From: an uncultured Gemmatimonadales bacterium
GTDB taxonomy: Bacteria; Gemmatimonadota; Gemmatimonadetes; Longimicrobiales; Gaopeijiaceae
Assembly (NCBI GenBank): GCA_963823035.1
Contig: CAWGKG010000004.1
Span: 128,001 to 192,000, forward strand
DNA: 64,000 bases
Direction: 5' to 3'
This document shows, piece by piece, positions 1 through 11,479 of the stretch. The notes under the pieces were generated by a model. That model was not told the DNA's origin and did no database searches. It worked only from the letters and a program-made list of their open reading frames with translations. The position numbers and the translations under genes are program-made. Position 1 is the stretch's first letter, and each line of letters opens with the position of its first letter.

Positions 1-446
1 TGCTGCTGGTGTTCCAGTACGGCCAGCCCCGCATCCTCCTGTCGATGGGGCGGGACGGCCTCCTGCCGGCGTGGGCATCGAAGGTGCACCCGCGCTTCCG
101 CACCCCGCACGTCAACACGATCCTCACCGGCCTGTTCGTAGGCGGCATCTCGGCGTTCGCGAACATCAACGAGATGGTGGAGCTCACGAACATCGGCACC
201 CTGTTCGCGTTCGTGCTGGTGTCGCTGGGCGTCCTGGTGCTGCGCTACCGCGACCCGAACCGCGCACGGCCCTTCCGTGCGCCCGGCTCGCCCTTCACGG
301 AGATCCTCGCGGTGCTGGCCTGCGTCTACCTCATGGTGCAGCTCCCCAGGGTGACGTGGATCCGCTTCGTGGTGTGGCTCGCGATCGGCGCCGTGATCTA
401 CTGGAACTACGGCCGCCGGCACAGCAGGATGGCCGCACGGGCGTGA
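1..446 (+). CDS. APC-family amino acid permease, C-terminal part (5' end outside window)
   Basis: ORF 9..446: GQPRILLSMGRDGLLP..VHPRFRTPH, TNIGTLFAFVLV, RPFRAP and hydrophobic helices typical of cationic amino acid permeases. Confidence 0.92.
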   Translation, partial: LLVFQYGQPRILLSMGRDGLLPAWASKVHPRFRTPHVNTILTGLFVGGISAFANINEMVELTNIGTLFAFVLVSLGVLVLRYRDPNRARPFRAPGSPFTEILAVLACVYLMVQLPRVTWIRFVVWLAIGAVIYWNYGRRHSRMAARA

Positions 447-1088
447 GCCTCGAGCTACGCGTCAGGCCGCGGCACCAGGCCACGCCCATGTCCTGCTGGT
501 GGGCTTCCACCGCGGTGGTCCTCCACTACTACGACCGGTACTACTCGTACCCCTGGGAGTACCGCCAAGCGTTCCGGCGGCCGGCCTGGCAGCCGTGCCA
601 CCGGTCCCCTGGACCACGTCCTCCCGCCTCCGGACTACCCGTCCATCGACGAGGCGATGGGACGGGATCCCACGCTGCGCCACGCGATGGATCCGCGGGA
701 CATCGCCCCGTACATGTGGTACGAGCTGGGGCTGCCGAACACGGCACACGGCCTCCGCCGCTACTGCGACCTGACGGGCTTTCGGGGGGTTCCCGACTGT
801 CCGCCGTACGGCAGATGGACCGTCGCCGACGTCGAGCGCATCCTCCGCCACCGGGGGCTCTTCATCTTCTTCGGGTTCTGGAGCGGCTTTCCCCACGCGA
901 TCGTCGTCTGCGGCGCCAACACGGACTCCGGCATGGTGGCGTTCATGGACCCGGCGCAGGGCTTCGTGCACAGCGAGGCCGTGGAGGCCTTCAACGGCCG
1001 CATGGGCAACATGATCATCAGCGCGGACGCGATCGGCTACAACCCGGTCCACTACCCCACGGGCAACCCGGTGCGGGCGACCGTCTGA
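443..1088 (+). CDS. Papain-like cysteine peptidase (C39/C70 AvrRpt2-like), frameshifted near 600
   Basis: GTG at 443 overlaps the permease stop (GTGA). The N-part has HQATPMSCWWAS (Gln/Cys); the C-part (ORF 657..1088 frame) has PHAIVVCG (His) and FMDP (Asp). Confidence 0.7.
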
Positions 1089-1205
1089 GCGCTCGCCGCC
1101 CCGTCCTTCGGCCGGTGTGCATGTTCCGGCGCTTCGGACGTCCTCCAGTCCAGACGGGCGAGATCGAGCCCGCCGTGAAGCTCGCGAGGACCCCTGGAGG
1201 CTACG

Positions 1206-2661
1206 ATGCGTGCATTCCTGTCGACCGTGGCGGTGCTGGCCGCCTTCGCCCTACCGTCCATCCCCTCCCACCCTGAACCGGGGCCGACTCCGCCGGCGCC
1301 CGACGCGGTGCACCTCCGGTCCTCGCGGGCCGACCGGGACTCCGTGTCGATCACCGTCTACAACCAGAACTTCGGGCTCGTGCGGGAGATCCGGACCTTG
1401 GACCTTCCCGGCGGCGAGCTCTCCCTCGAGTACGGGGACGTCGCCTCCAGCATCCAGCCCGAGACCGTGCACATCCGACGCGCTGGACCGCGGCGCTCTG
1501 GACGTGCTGGAGCAGAACTATCAGTACGATCTGCTCAGCCCGCAGAAGCTCCTCGAGAAGTACGTCGGGCGGACGGTCACCGTGTACCGGACGAACCCGG
1601 TGTCGGGCGTCGAGGAGGGGGTCGAGGCGGAGGTGCTGTCGGTGAACGGCGGTACGATCCTGCGCATCGGCGACGAGATCACCTTCAACGTTCCGGGGCG
1701 CTTCGGCTTTCCCGAGGTGCCCGACAACCTGATCGCCGAGCCGACGCTCCTCTGGCGTCTGGACGCCGCGCGCGGGCCGCGCCGGGTGGAGGTGTCGTAC
1801 CTGACCAACGACCTGAACTGGAAGGCCGACTACGTGATGGTCCTCGGCGAGGACGACCGCTCGGCGGACCTGACCGGGTGGGTGACCCTCACCAACCAGA
1901 GCGGCACGCGCTACGACGGCGCGCGCCTGCAGCTCGTGGCGGGGGACGTGCAGCGCGTCTCGGGCGCCAAGGGCGAGATGCGTCAGCGCATGATGGCGGA
2001 CGCGTTGGCGCTCGAGGAAAGGGCCGACTTCAGTGAGCAGGCGTTCTTCGAGTACCACCTGTACACGCTGGGCCGGCCGGCCGACGTGGCGAACAACGAG
2101 CAGAAGCAGCTCACGCTGCTGGAGGCGAGCGGCTTCGACGTCCAGAAGCGCCTCGTCTTCCAGGGGTCGGCTCCCTACTACCGCGGCTCGTACGGACAGG
2201 TCGCCTCGAGCCAGAAGGTGGGCGTCTACCTCGACTTCATGAACACGAAGAAGGCCGGCCTCGGCATGCCGCTGCCCCAGGGCATCGTGCGCGTGTACAA
2301 GCGCGACGCCTCGGGCGGTCAGCAGTTCGTGGGCGAGGACCGGATCGACCACACGCCCCGCGACGAGAGGGTGCGCATCAAGATGGGCGAGGCGTTCGAC
2401 GTGGTGGGCGACCGGCGCCAGATGGACTACACCGTGGTGTCGAGCTGCGTCTCCGAGAGCAGCTGGCGCGTGGACCTGCGCAACCACAAGGACGAGGACG
2501 TGGCGGTCACGCTCATGGAGCCGGTCGGAGGCGATTGGGAGATCCTCTCCTCGACGCACCCGTACACGAAGCTCGACGCGTGGACGTTCTCCTTCCAGCC
2601 GACCGTGCCTGCCCGCGGGGAGACCCGCGTGGAGTATCGCGTGCGCGTGCGCTGGTGCTGA
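1206..2661 (+). CDS. DUF4139-domain secreted protein, frameshift near 1475
   Basis: GGAGG RBS, signal peptide, SITVYNQNFGLVRE, then LEQNYQYDLLSPQKLLEKYVG, FFEYHLYTL and FVGEDRIDHTP in the 1117..2661 frame. Confidence 0.85.
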
Positions 2662-2707
2662 GGCCCGGCGGTGGGGCAACGCACGGCACGCTCTCTCTGC
2701 TGGTCCG

Positions 2708-3436
2708 CTACGGCTCGCTGTTGGCGTCGTGTTCGCTGACGCGGTCTCCGTTCTGGCGGAGCTTCCGGTACAGCGTCCGGCGGTCGATGCCGAGGATGCG
2801 GGCCGCCTCGCCCTCGTGGCTGCCGGTCTTCTTGAGGACCTGCGCCGTATAGGCACGCTCCAGGCGATCGAGGGTCCACTCCTCGGCCAGCGGCCGGGCC
2901 CAGGACCTCGCCGAGGTCCCGCTCCAGAGGTGCGCGAGCGACTCGCAGGTGATGCTGGCCTCGCCGCGGGAGAGGAGGACGGCCCGTTCCACGGCGTGCT
3001 TCAGCTCACGCACGTTCCCCGGCCACCTGCAGGCGACGAGCCACTCCACGCAGCAGTCGGGGATGGGCAGAGCCTCCAGGCCCGCCGACGCCGCGAACTC
3101 GTCGCGGAAGTGCGCGGCGAGCAGGGGGATGTCCTCGAGGGCGCTCGCGGAGGGGCGGGATGTCGATGGGAAAGACGTTGAGGCGGTAAGAGAGGTCCCC
3201 GCGGGAGCTCCCTTTCGCGCACCCGCTCGGCGAGGCTCACGTTCGTCGCGGACAGGAGGCGGAAGTCGAGCGGGACGTCGTGGCGGTCTCCGCCCCGCTG
3301 GATCGTCCCGTCCTGCACCGCCCGCAGGAGCTTGGCCTGGAGCGCCGGCGCGATGCACTCCACGTCGTCGAGGAACACGGTTCCTCCGGTGGATCAGGTC
3401 GAAGACCCTCTGCATCGCCTTCGACTCCCCGATCAT
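2708..3436 (-). pseudogene. Sigma54-dependent (NtrC/Fis) activator remnant with internal deletion and frameshifts
   Basis: MIGESKAMQRVFDLI runs directly into GGTVFLDDV..LQAKLLRAVQ, then WPGNVRELKHAVERA and the HTH AARILGIDRRTLYRKL. Walker A and GAFTGA segments are absent. Confidence 0.8.
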
Positions 3437-3558
3437 GCCGCAGCATCCCCGGCGCGCACACCACCTCCCAACCTCACGCCGGCGAGCTGCGCGCCCGACC
3501 CGGACGAGAGTGACGCGGAGCTGAACCCCGACGGGCTGCCGCTGTGCGACGACGGAAT

Positions 3559-3705
3559 GCCGATGAAGAAGGCCAGCGGCCGCGGCAGGGTGCGGTGGGT
3601 GAAGGAGTAGCCTCCGCCGGCGAGTGGAATGGCGGCACCCAGCTCGCTGTAGTTCAGGGCGGTGAAGACCGTCATCAGGCCCATCGCCAGATAGGCGAGG
3701 ATGCC
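3559..3705 (-). pseudogene. Short internal fragment of an APC amino acid permease
   Basis: GILAYLAMGLMTVFTALNYSELGAAIPLAGGGYSF matches the YxELxxxxPxxGGxY motif; no start or end of the gene is present. Confidence 0.7.
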
Positions 3706-3761
3706 GAGGGGCCGTTCGGACGCTGGTCGCGTTATGGGGACGGCTCGGCACAAGGCGGAAC

Positions 3762-4133
3762 TGGATCTTCCCCGGCCATTCCCCTCTCCTGGTGGACCTG
3801 TCCGTCTTCGCGGTGGTGCTCGTGATCGCCTATCTGAGCGCCGACCTGGCCTTCCGGATCCAGTACCTGATCATGGCCGTGATCGCGCTCTCGCCGGTGG
3901 CCCACGAGCGCCTGGAGGAGATGCGCGATCTGTGTCGGATTCCGCCTCGCGCCCGCGTGCACGTCGTTCCGGGGAGCTTCTGGGACGTGTTGAGCCGCGC
4001 GGACCAGGCCGACCTGGAGGTGTTCGGACTCCCGCACGAACGCCCCCTGCAGTTCATGGCATCGATGGTGGAGCGGACACGGGCTTCGTGCCTCTTCCTG
4101 GCCGACTCGGGCGAGGAGGACGCGCTGGCGTGA
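3762..4133 (+). pseudogene. Cation-chloride cotransporter-like (APC) remnant: an internal TM piece fused to the C-terminal tail
   Basis: WIFPGHSPLLVDLSVFAVVLVIAYLSADLAFRIQYLIMAVIALS joined to ..ADLEVFGL..TRASCLFLADSGEEDALA, a C-terminus characteristic of this family. Confidence 0.65.
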
Positions 4134-4181
4134 CGTGAGGTGACACGTCGAGAGGAGATCGGCCCCCGGGGACGTCGTTTC

Positions 4182-5497
4182 CTAGGGGATCCGCCGTCGG
4201 ACCTCGCGGAACGTGTCCTCGGCCACCGAGCCGGCCAGCTCCGCGAGCAGCTTGTCTTCGATCTCGGCGTACTGCCGGCGCTGCGCCGCCGGGTCGAAGA
4301 GGAGCTGCTCGCCCCGGCTCAGGTCGAGGTCGCGGTAGCTCCCGCCGTACCGGCCGCGCTCGAAGCGGACGGACTCGGAGGCCCGGGCGGTGGAGGAGGC
4401 GACGCGGGTGCCGCGCTCGTCGAAGATCGTGATCGTCGCCTCGACGGCGTAGCGCACCCGCCCCCGCTCCACCGTCCAGGTGACGGTACGGCCCCGGCTG
4501 TTGCGCGCCGTGCGCGACTCGCTCTTCAGGTCGCTCTCGGTCACGTCGAGCTTCGTGAGCTCCACGAGCGCCCCGAAGTCGGCGCCCACCTCCTCCAGCA
4601 CCCGTCCGGGCCGGAAGGTGGCTCCGCCGGGGAAGAGGCGACGGGTGGTCTGGCGCACCGCGACGGGATCGGCCACCGCCACGAAGAGGGGCGGGCTCCG
4701 CCAGTGCTCCAGCTCCAGCACGTCGGAGAGCTGACCCTCGAGATCGGCCTCCGACGCTTCGCGCACCTGCGTGGTGCTCCCTACCGGGAAGATCGCCAGG
4801 ACGCGGAGCCCGCTCGACAGCGAGCGCTCCTGGACGTCGGAGGCCGCGTCGACGACGTCGCGGGGGAGGGGTCCGGCGACCGCCAGCGCCTCGGCGGCGC
4901 GCTCGTACGCGGCGCGGTAGCGCGCGTCGTCCGCCTCGGCGCTCGCCCAGAGCGACCAGGAGATCGGCCTCGGCGTCGAGGCTCGCCCGCGCCCGGTCGG
5001 GTGTGGGTTCGAAGTCGGAGCGGATCCTCCGGTACGCGGCGCGGGCGTCGTTCCACCGTCCCCGGTCGCGGAGCGAATCGCCGCGCTCGAGGAGCCGCTC
5101 CGCGGCCGCGTCGAAGGCCTCGCGCCGGCGCGGGGCCCACGCGTCGGGCGTCGGGATCGTCGCGCCCACCTCGCGCCCACGGGCCAGGAGCGCGTCCACC
5201 CTGCGCAGTTGCCTCGGCGGCGCCCACCGGGTCGTCCGTTTCCAGGAGCTCCGCGGAGCGCCGCATCCCGAGCCGCACCGCAGAGTCCCCGGCCTCGTAC
5301 AGGCCCCGGCGCGCGTCCTCGAGGGTGGGTTCCTTCTCGAGCGCGTCGGCGTAGCGCTCGGCGGCCTCGAACCAGTCCCCACGGGCCTCGGCGTCCAGCC
5401 CCTGCTCGAGCCGCTTGCCGGCCGACGCGCAGGCGGTGGCGGCGACGAGCGCCGCCACCACCGCCGTACGGATCGGTGCGATGCTACGAGCCGTCAC
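4182..5497 (-). CDS. TPR-like lipoprotein, two frameshifts (~5210, ~4955)
   Basis: Lipobox AATAC, helical repeats (WFEAAERYADALEKEP, WNDARAAYRRI); C-terminal alpha/beta domain in ORF 4182..5180. Confidence 0.65.
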
Positions 5498-8127
5498 TCA
5501 CCACCGTGCTCTTGGTGTCCTTGAGGTGGACGTCCAGCCACGCCGTCCACCGGGCCCACAGGTCGAGCAGCGTCTCCTTGGCCGCCGGCCCGTGGTCCTC
5601 GTACGGATAGAGATACATCGCCGCTTCCTTTCCCAACCCGTTGAGGGCGTGGAACATGCGCGGCGTATGTGCCGGATCGGTGCCGACGTTCTGGTCGTGC
5701 AGCCCGTGGTACATGAGCAGTGCGCCCGTCAGCTCGTCCGCGTACATGAAGGGCGACATCGAGAGGTAGACGTCCTTGGCGTCCCAGAAGAAGCGACGCT
5801 CGTTCTGGAAGGCCAGGGGCGTGTACGTCCGGTTGTAGTTGCCGTCCCCGGCGATCCCCACCTTGAAGAACGGGGTGTGCACCATGGCGTTGGCCGTCGA
5901 GAACGCGCCGTACGAGTGGCCGCCGATGCCCAGGCGATGCCGATCGATCAGCTCGCGCCGGTCCAGCTCGTCGATCACGGCCGCGAGGTTGTTGCGGAGG
6001 TCGTGCTCGTAGTTGTTGTTCATCTGCCCGGCCTTGCCGACGATGGGAGCGTCGGGCTCGACCACCGCGTACCCCAGGCGGGCCAGGTACTGCATGGAGC
6101 GCGTGCCGAAGTTGGGGAACGCGTTCTTGTTGTAGGTGCGCGCGCCCTCGTCGTACTTCTCCTGGTTCTCGTACTCGCGCGGATAGAACCAGAACATCGC
6201 CGGCAGCCGACCGCTCTTGTAGCCGGGAGGCAGCGTCACGTTCACGAGGAAGCGGAAGCCGTCCGGCCGCTCCACCACGAAGCGCTCACGTGGCGCCGCG
6301 GTCAGGTCGGGCGTGTAGTCCTGGTTCTGCGTGAGCTGGGCTGCCCTCGGTGCCGTTCGCATAGAGGTACGACTGTGCCACCTGCATCGGGCCCTCGCGC
6401 TCCACCACGTAGCGCCCCGCGTCGATGTCGAGGATGGCCGTGATGCGCTCCCACGCCCCCTCGTTCGAGCTCTCGTAGAGGCGGGTCTTGTCGCCCGTGG
6501 CGATCGACACGCGGTCCATGAAGCTGCGCGGCCCGTGCTCGACCGGGTCGTGGTCGTACTCGGTGCCGTAGTAGAAGACGCTGCCGCCGTCCGCGGACAG
6601 CTGGACGACGTCCCCGCCGCCGCCGCCGCCGCGCCCGAAGAAGCCGCGACCGCGGGACGGCACGCCGCCCCCTTCGAGGACCAGGTTGCCGGGGTTCGCG
6701 TAGAAGTCGTCGGCTCCGTAGCGTGCCAGCGTGTGCTTCGTGGCCGGGTCGGAGAGCGACACCGCGAACTCGTGGACGTTCTGCCCCTGCCGCTCGCTCA
6801 GGAAGAGCGTCTGGTGGTCCGGCGAATAGTGGTGCGCGCTCATGCGGTTGTCGTTCACGTACAGGACCTTCAGGCTCGTGCTGTCGAACGGAGCGGTCCA
6901 CTGCATCACGCGGTCCTTGCGACGCGCGCGACCGTTCTGTCCCTGTCCCTCCGCAGCCTGGGGACCCGGGTCCGAGGACGCCGAGTCGGGCGCCGGCTCC
7001 TGCTCCAGGAACGTCAGCCCCTGGTCGTCGGCCCGCCACGCCACCTGGCGCTTCCCGTCGTCGCGTCCGCCGCCGGCGACACCCGGAGCGGCCGGGGTGT
7101 CGTCGTCCCGCAGCCCCGTGTTGAGGGGCGTGTGGTCGAACGCCAGAAGCATCTTCCCGCTCCGGTCCCAGATCTCCTGCTCGGTGCCGAAGTTGTTGAC
7201 CGGGACGAGGTAGCTGAACGGCTTCAGGAGCTTGGTGACGCGGACGTACTCGCCGTTCGGCGAGAAGTCGAAGCCCTCGATCATCGTGGGTGGGCCGACC
7301 TTCTCGACGCTGCGGTTGCCGACGTCGATGAGCGCGAGCTGACCGGTCGTGTGCCACTCGAGCAGCAACTCGTCGTACGGCGTCGCCATCAGGCTCGCGT
7401 AGGTGCGCAGGATGTTCTCCCCGTCCTCGGTCATCTTCACCCGCGGCCCGGTCGGCGCGGCCGGGGGGAGGGGCCGCGCGGAGCGTCCGTCGGGTGGGAG
7501 GATCGTCGCGATCTTCTTGCCGTCCGCCGTCCACGCGAAGGTGGAGACCGCGGTGGCCAGCACCGGCGTGCGCGTCAGCTGACGGGCGCGGCCGTTCGAG
7601 GGATCGGCCACCCAGATGTGCGTGGCGTCCGGGGTGTGCACGTAGAAGGCGAGCTGTGCGCCGCCGGGGGACCAGGTCGCGTTGGAGACCCGCGCCCCCG
7701 CGGGCACCTGGATCTTCACGCGGTGGCCGTCCGAGGCGGACACCACCTCGAGGCCCGCGTCACTCCGGATCGTCAGGTTGCGATCCCGGTTGGCGGCGAA
7801 GTCGATGAACATCCCGCCGAGCTCGTCGAACGGCTTGGAGAAGCGCGTCATCGGCACCGGTCCGTCGCCGATCTGGTTGGCGAACCACTGCCGGTCGGCG
7901 CTCATCTCCGAGAGCGTGACGTTCAGGTAGCGGGGCGCGAGGACGGCCTCCGCGATGTCGTCCTGCGGCGCCACGTAGCCTTTGGCGGCGAGGATCTCCT
8001 GAGGGTTCCAGCTTCCGTTCTGGGCGGAGAGGCCCAGAGGCAGGAGGAGGGCCAAGGCGGCGGTTGCCACCGTCCAGCGGGAGCGGGTGCGCCGCCGCAG
8101 CGGCCTCGGACCGGGATGGCGGGTCAC
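5484..8127 (-). CDS. S9 (prolyl oligopeptidase/glutamyl peptidase-like) serine peptidase, frameshift ~6350
   Basis: Signal peptide and beta-propeller repeats (ORF 6286..8127); GGHSYGAF nucleophile, HGLHDQN and YPYEDHG (ORF 5484..6362). Confidence 0.9.
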
Positions 8128-8268
8128 GTTTACCTCCAGGGTCGAACCGGGGAGTTCTGGTTGGGAAAGGGCGGAGCCGCGGACCCCGCGACGCCCGACG
8201 CGTACAATCGGAGGGGTCTACGACATCCACAAGGGACAGCCGACGGCGGTGGAAGGTTGAACGCCGAA

Positions 8269-8297
8269 CGCCCCACCCCACGGTGTGGGATGGGGCG
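8269..8297 (-). terminator. GC hairpin downstream of the TonB-dependent receptor gene
   Basis: Minus strand CGCCCCATCCCAC-acc-GTGGGGTGGGGCG (13-bp stem with one G-U pair), ~40 nt after the stop; weak U tract. Confidence 0.55.
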
Positions 8298-8336
8298 CCC
8301 CGACGCGGCGGACCCGCGGAGGGAGGCCGCCTACGG

Positions 8337-11168
8337 CTACATCTTCACCTTGAGCTGCGTGTAGACGTAGCGCCCGTTCATGCTCAGCCCCGACGAGTCC
8401 TCGAACGGGAAGATGCCGAGGAAGTTGAAGCCCTGGGGCACCACCGCGGGCCGGGCGTCCAGGAGGTTCTCGGCGCCGATGTCGATCTCCAGGCCGTCAC
8501 GGATCTTCCACCCGGTGCGGGCGTCGACGATGAAGTGCGGTCCGTTGTCGAGGAAGACGTCGCCGTTGGCCATGCAGCGTAGATCGGACGGCGGGCTGTT
8601 GCAGATGTCCGGGAGCGACCCGCCCTCTTGCTGGCGGGAGACCTGCAGCCCGTAGTAGTTGCCCGCGAACTCGAGGTCGAACGGCCCGTTCACGTAGCGC
8701 GTCCGCAGGGTGGCGCGGTCCTTCGGGCGGCCGTTCTCGATCGTGAAGCGATCGCTCGAGTCGAACACCTGATCCGCGATCTCGGAGATCACGGCCGGCA
8801 CGTGCACGCCCGTGACCTTGAGCGAGTTGCGGTTGTACTGCGCGATGAACTCCAGGTAGGCGTTGTCCTGAAGGAGGTGCCGGTACGTCCCGGAGATGTC
8901 GACGCCCCTCGTGCGCGTGTCGACGGCGTTCGTGAAGAACTTGACCGTGGGAGCGCCGTAGGCGGCCAGCAGCGTCTCCACGGTCGGGCCCTCGAGCGAG
9001 CCGGTCAGGATGATGCGGTCCTTCACCGCGATCTGGTACCCGTCCACGGTGAAGGTGAGCCGCTCGAGCGGCGTCCAGGCGATGCCGCCGCTGTAGTTGA
9101 CCGAGGTCTCCTCGCGGAGCGGCTCGGCGCCGAGCGCCTTGGCCTCGGGGGACGCCACAGGGATCTCACCGATCTCGTAGGCGACCTGGTTGCCGCTGCC
9201 GTCGTTGCGGAAGCCGGTGGAGACGTGGGAGTAGTAGCTCTGGTTCAGCCCGGGCGCGCGGAAGCCGGTGGACACCGCGCCGCGCAGGATGAACTGCTGC
9301 GTGGGCTGCAGCCGGGCCGCGATCTTCCCGGTGACCGTGCTCCCGAAGTCGCTGTAGTTCTCGAAGCGCACGGCGCCGGCCACGAGCAACTGGTCCGAGA
9401 CGTCGGTCTCCATGTCGAGGTAGGTGCCGACATTGCTTCGCCACTTCGACACCTCCTGGTCGGGACGATAGCCCGTGAACACCTGGCTCCCCGGTGCGGC
9501 GATGTTGCCGTTCCGGTCCGGGTGCCACCCGTTCACCCAGGACGCCATCTCCCCCGCGACGACCTGGAAGTTGTCCGCGCGGAAGACCGCGCCGAGCGAC
9601 ATCGTGAGGGGTGTCGCCGCGCCGATGTCCACCCCGCGCGAGAAGTCCACCTGCGTCGTGAGCTGGTTGGAGACCAGCGCGCCGGCGTAGACGTCCGTCT
9701 TGTTCGGGATGCCGGGGTCGTCCGCCGTGCCGAGCACCCCGTCGACGCCGGGCGCGCACGGCGTGTCGAGGCAGGGCCCGAGCGACACGTTCAGCGTCTG
9801 GTAGATGTTCGTGTCGAGGCGGTTGCGGTCCCACTGCGTGCTCACGTCGTAGTTCCAGTCGCCGACGAAGCCGCGCACGCCGCCGACGACCATCGCGTCC
9901 GCGTTGTCCCCGCGGAAGTGCGGCAGGAAGCCGAGCGGGTGGATCGACGGCCAGTCGCGTGCGTCGATCCCGCGCCGGTAGAAGCCCGAGTGACGGTCGC
10001 GCCGCCAGCTGTAGCCTCCGAAGGAGTACAGGTTGTGCGTCTGCGTCTCCCCCAGCGCGTAGTTCAGGTTGTACATGAAGCCCATGTTGTGCGTGGCGCC
10101 GTCGCCGATCACGTGGTTGGGCTGGGGGACCGCGTTGTTCTTCGTGACCACCTCGCCGACGCCGTCGCCGTCCACGTCCTGGATGACGTCGGCGTCGCCT
10201 GCCACGATCTGGTCGCGCGGATCCGGGCCGGCGCGCTCGGTTTCGCCGCGCGCCGAGTACATCCCGCTGACGACGAAGGTCCCCTGGTCGCCGAGGCCGA
10301 CGCCCCAGCTCCCGCTGACCTCCGCGCGGTTGCCGTCGGGTGCGAAGTCGGAGGGGCGGTACTGCCCCAGCGCCATCGTGATCTCCGGCCTGTGGATGTC
10401 GTCGCGGAGCTGGACGTTGATCACCCCCGCGATGGCGTCCGAGCCGTACTGCGCCGCCGCGCCGTCCCGCAGGATCTCCATGCCGCCGATCGCGGAGGGG
10501 ACGATGGCGTTCATGTCCACGCCGCTCGAGCCCGAGCCCATCGCGCCCGCCCCGAACACGTGGACCACCGAGGTCGGGTGGCGCCGCTTGCCGTTGATGA
10601 GGACCAGCGAGTGGTCCGGGCTGAGCCCCCGCAGCTGGAAGGGCCGTACGCCCGAGGTCAGGTCGGCGATCTGCGGCCGCGGGAAGAAGATCGCGGGAGA
10701 CAGCTCCTGCAGCACCGAGGCCATCTCGAGCTGGGGCGAGGCCGCCAGGATCTCCGTTTGCGTGTACACATCCACGGGCACGGCGAGCTCGTCGGCGGCC
10801 GAGTGCGCGGCACGCGACCCGACGGTGACGGCCACGCCCTCCACGGCCACGGCCATGTGGCCGACGCGGAAGTTCTGCGTCACGGTCTCACCGCCGCGCA
10901 CCGTGACCGAGACCTCGTTGGTCTCGTAGCCGATACTCTGCACCTGTAGCGTGTAGGTTCCGGCCGGGACGTTCAGGATCAGGAACGCGCCGCGCGTGTT
11001 CGTGATGCTGCCCTTTCCCTCGCCGACCAGGCTCACCTGCGCGCCCGAGACCGCGGCACCGTCGTCGGCCACCACCCTTCCCGCCACGGTTCCCGCCTGG
11101 GCCGCCAGGCCCCGGGGTGCGGCCCACGCCACCAGGGCCGCCGCGACCAACATTGAAACTCGACGCAT
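8337..11168 (-). CDS. TonB-dependent receptor with N-terminal carboxypeptidase-regulatory-like domain
   Basis: Intact 943 aa ORF, AGGAGGAG RBS, signal peptide, plug motifs LRGLSPDHSLVLINGKRRH and EILRDGAAAQYGSDAIAGVIN, C-terminal GRYVYTQLKVKM. Confidence 0.95.
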   Translation of the reverse strand: MRRVSMLVAAALVAWAAPRGLAAQAGTVAGRVVADDGAAVSGAQVSLVGEGKGSITNTRGAFLILNVPAGTYTLQVQSIGYETNEVSVTVRGGETVTQNFRVGHMAVAVEGVAVTVGSRAAHSAADELAVPVDVYTQTEILAASPQLEMASVLQELSPAIFFPRPQIADLTSGVRPFQLRGLSPDHSLVLINGKRRHPTSVVHVFGAGAMGSGSSGVDMNAIVPSAIGGMEILRDGAAAQYGSDAIAGVINVQLRDDIHRPEITMALGQYRPSDFAPDGNRAEVSGSWGVGLGDQGTFVVSGMYSARGETERAGPDPRDQIVAGDADVIQDVDGDGVGEVVTKNNAVPQPNHVIGDGATHNMGFMYNLNYALGETQTHNLYSFGGYSWRRDRHSGFYRRGIDARDWPSIHPLGFLPHFRGDNADAMVVGGVRGFVGDWNYDVSTQWDRNRLDTNIYQTLNVSLGPCLDTPCAPGVDGVLGTADDPGIPNKTDVYAGALVSNQLTTQVDFSRGVDIGAATPLTMSLGAVFRADNFQVVAGEMASWVNGWHPDRNGNIAAPGSQVFTGYRPDQEVSKWRSNVGTYLDMETDVSDQLLVAGAVRFENYSDFGSTVTGKIAARLQPTQQFILRGAVSTGFRAPGLNQSYYSHVSTGFRNDGSGNQVAYEIGEIPVASPEAKALGAEPLREETSVNYSGGIAWTPLERLTFTVDGYQIAVKDRIILTGSLEGPTVETLLAAYGAPTVKFFTNAVDTRTRGVDISGTYRHLLQDNAYLEFIAQYNRNSLKVTGVHVPAVISEIADQVFDSSDRFTIENGRPKDRATLRTRYVNGPFDLEFAGNYYGLQVSRQQEGGSLPDICNSPPSDLRCMANGDVFLDNGPHFIVDARTGWKIRDGLEIDIGAENLLDARPAVVPQGFNFLGIFPFEDSSGLSMNGRYVYTQLKVKM

Positions 11169-11479
11169 CTATTCTCCTCCTTCCTTTGAGTGGGCAGGTC
11201 GGAATCGGGAGTCAGTGCATCCGAGATTCTGGGGGAGGGTCTCGAATACGGCTTGCAGATTGGGGGTCGCGTCACGGATCCGCAATCGACCCGCGACCGC
11301 CGGAACATCGCACCGAATGGTGCTTTCGACGGCTCGGACGATTCGGCGTGGTGCAGGCCTGATGGGGGCCGGAGGCGAATGGGACCGTCGCCGGCAGGGT
11401 ATGCGCATACGCTTGCCAGGGGGGGGATCGCACGGCAGGTTGTCGCGCGTCCCCGCCCGCCCCCGACCGCGTGATCCCC

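Noticed and set aside
3332..3610. Plus-strand 92-aa ORF with a plausible-looking acidic segment
   Set aside because: Overlaps two minus-strand remnants with recognisable motifs and has no RBS
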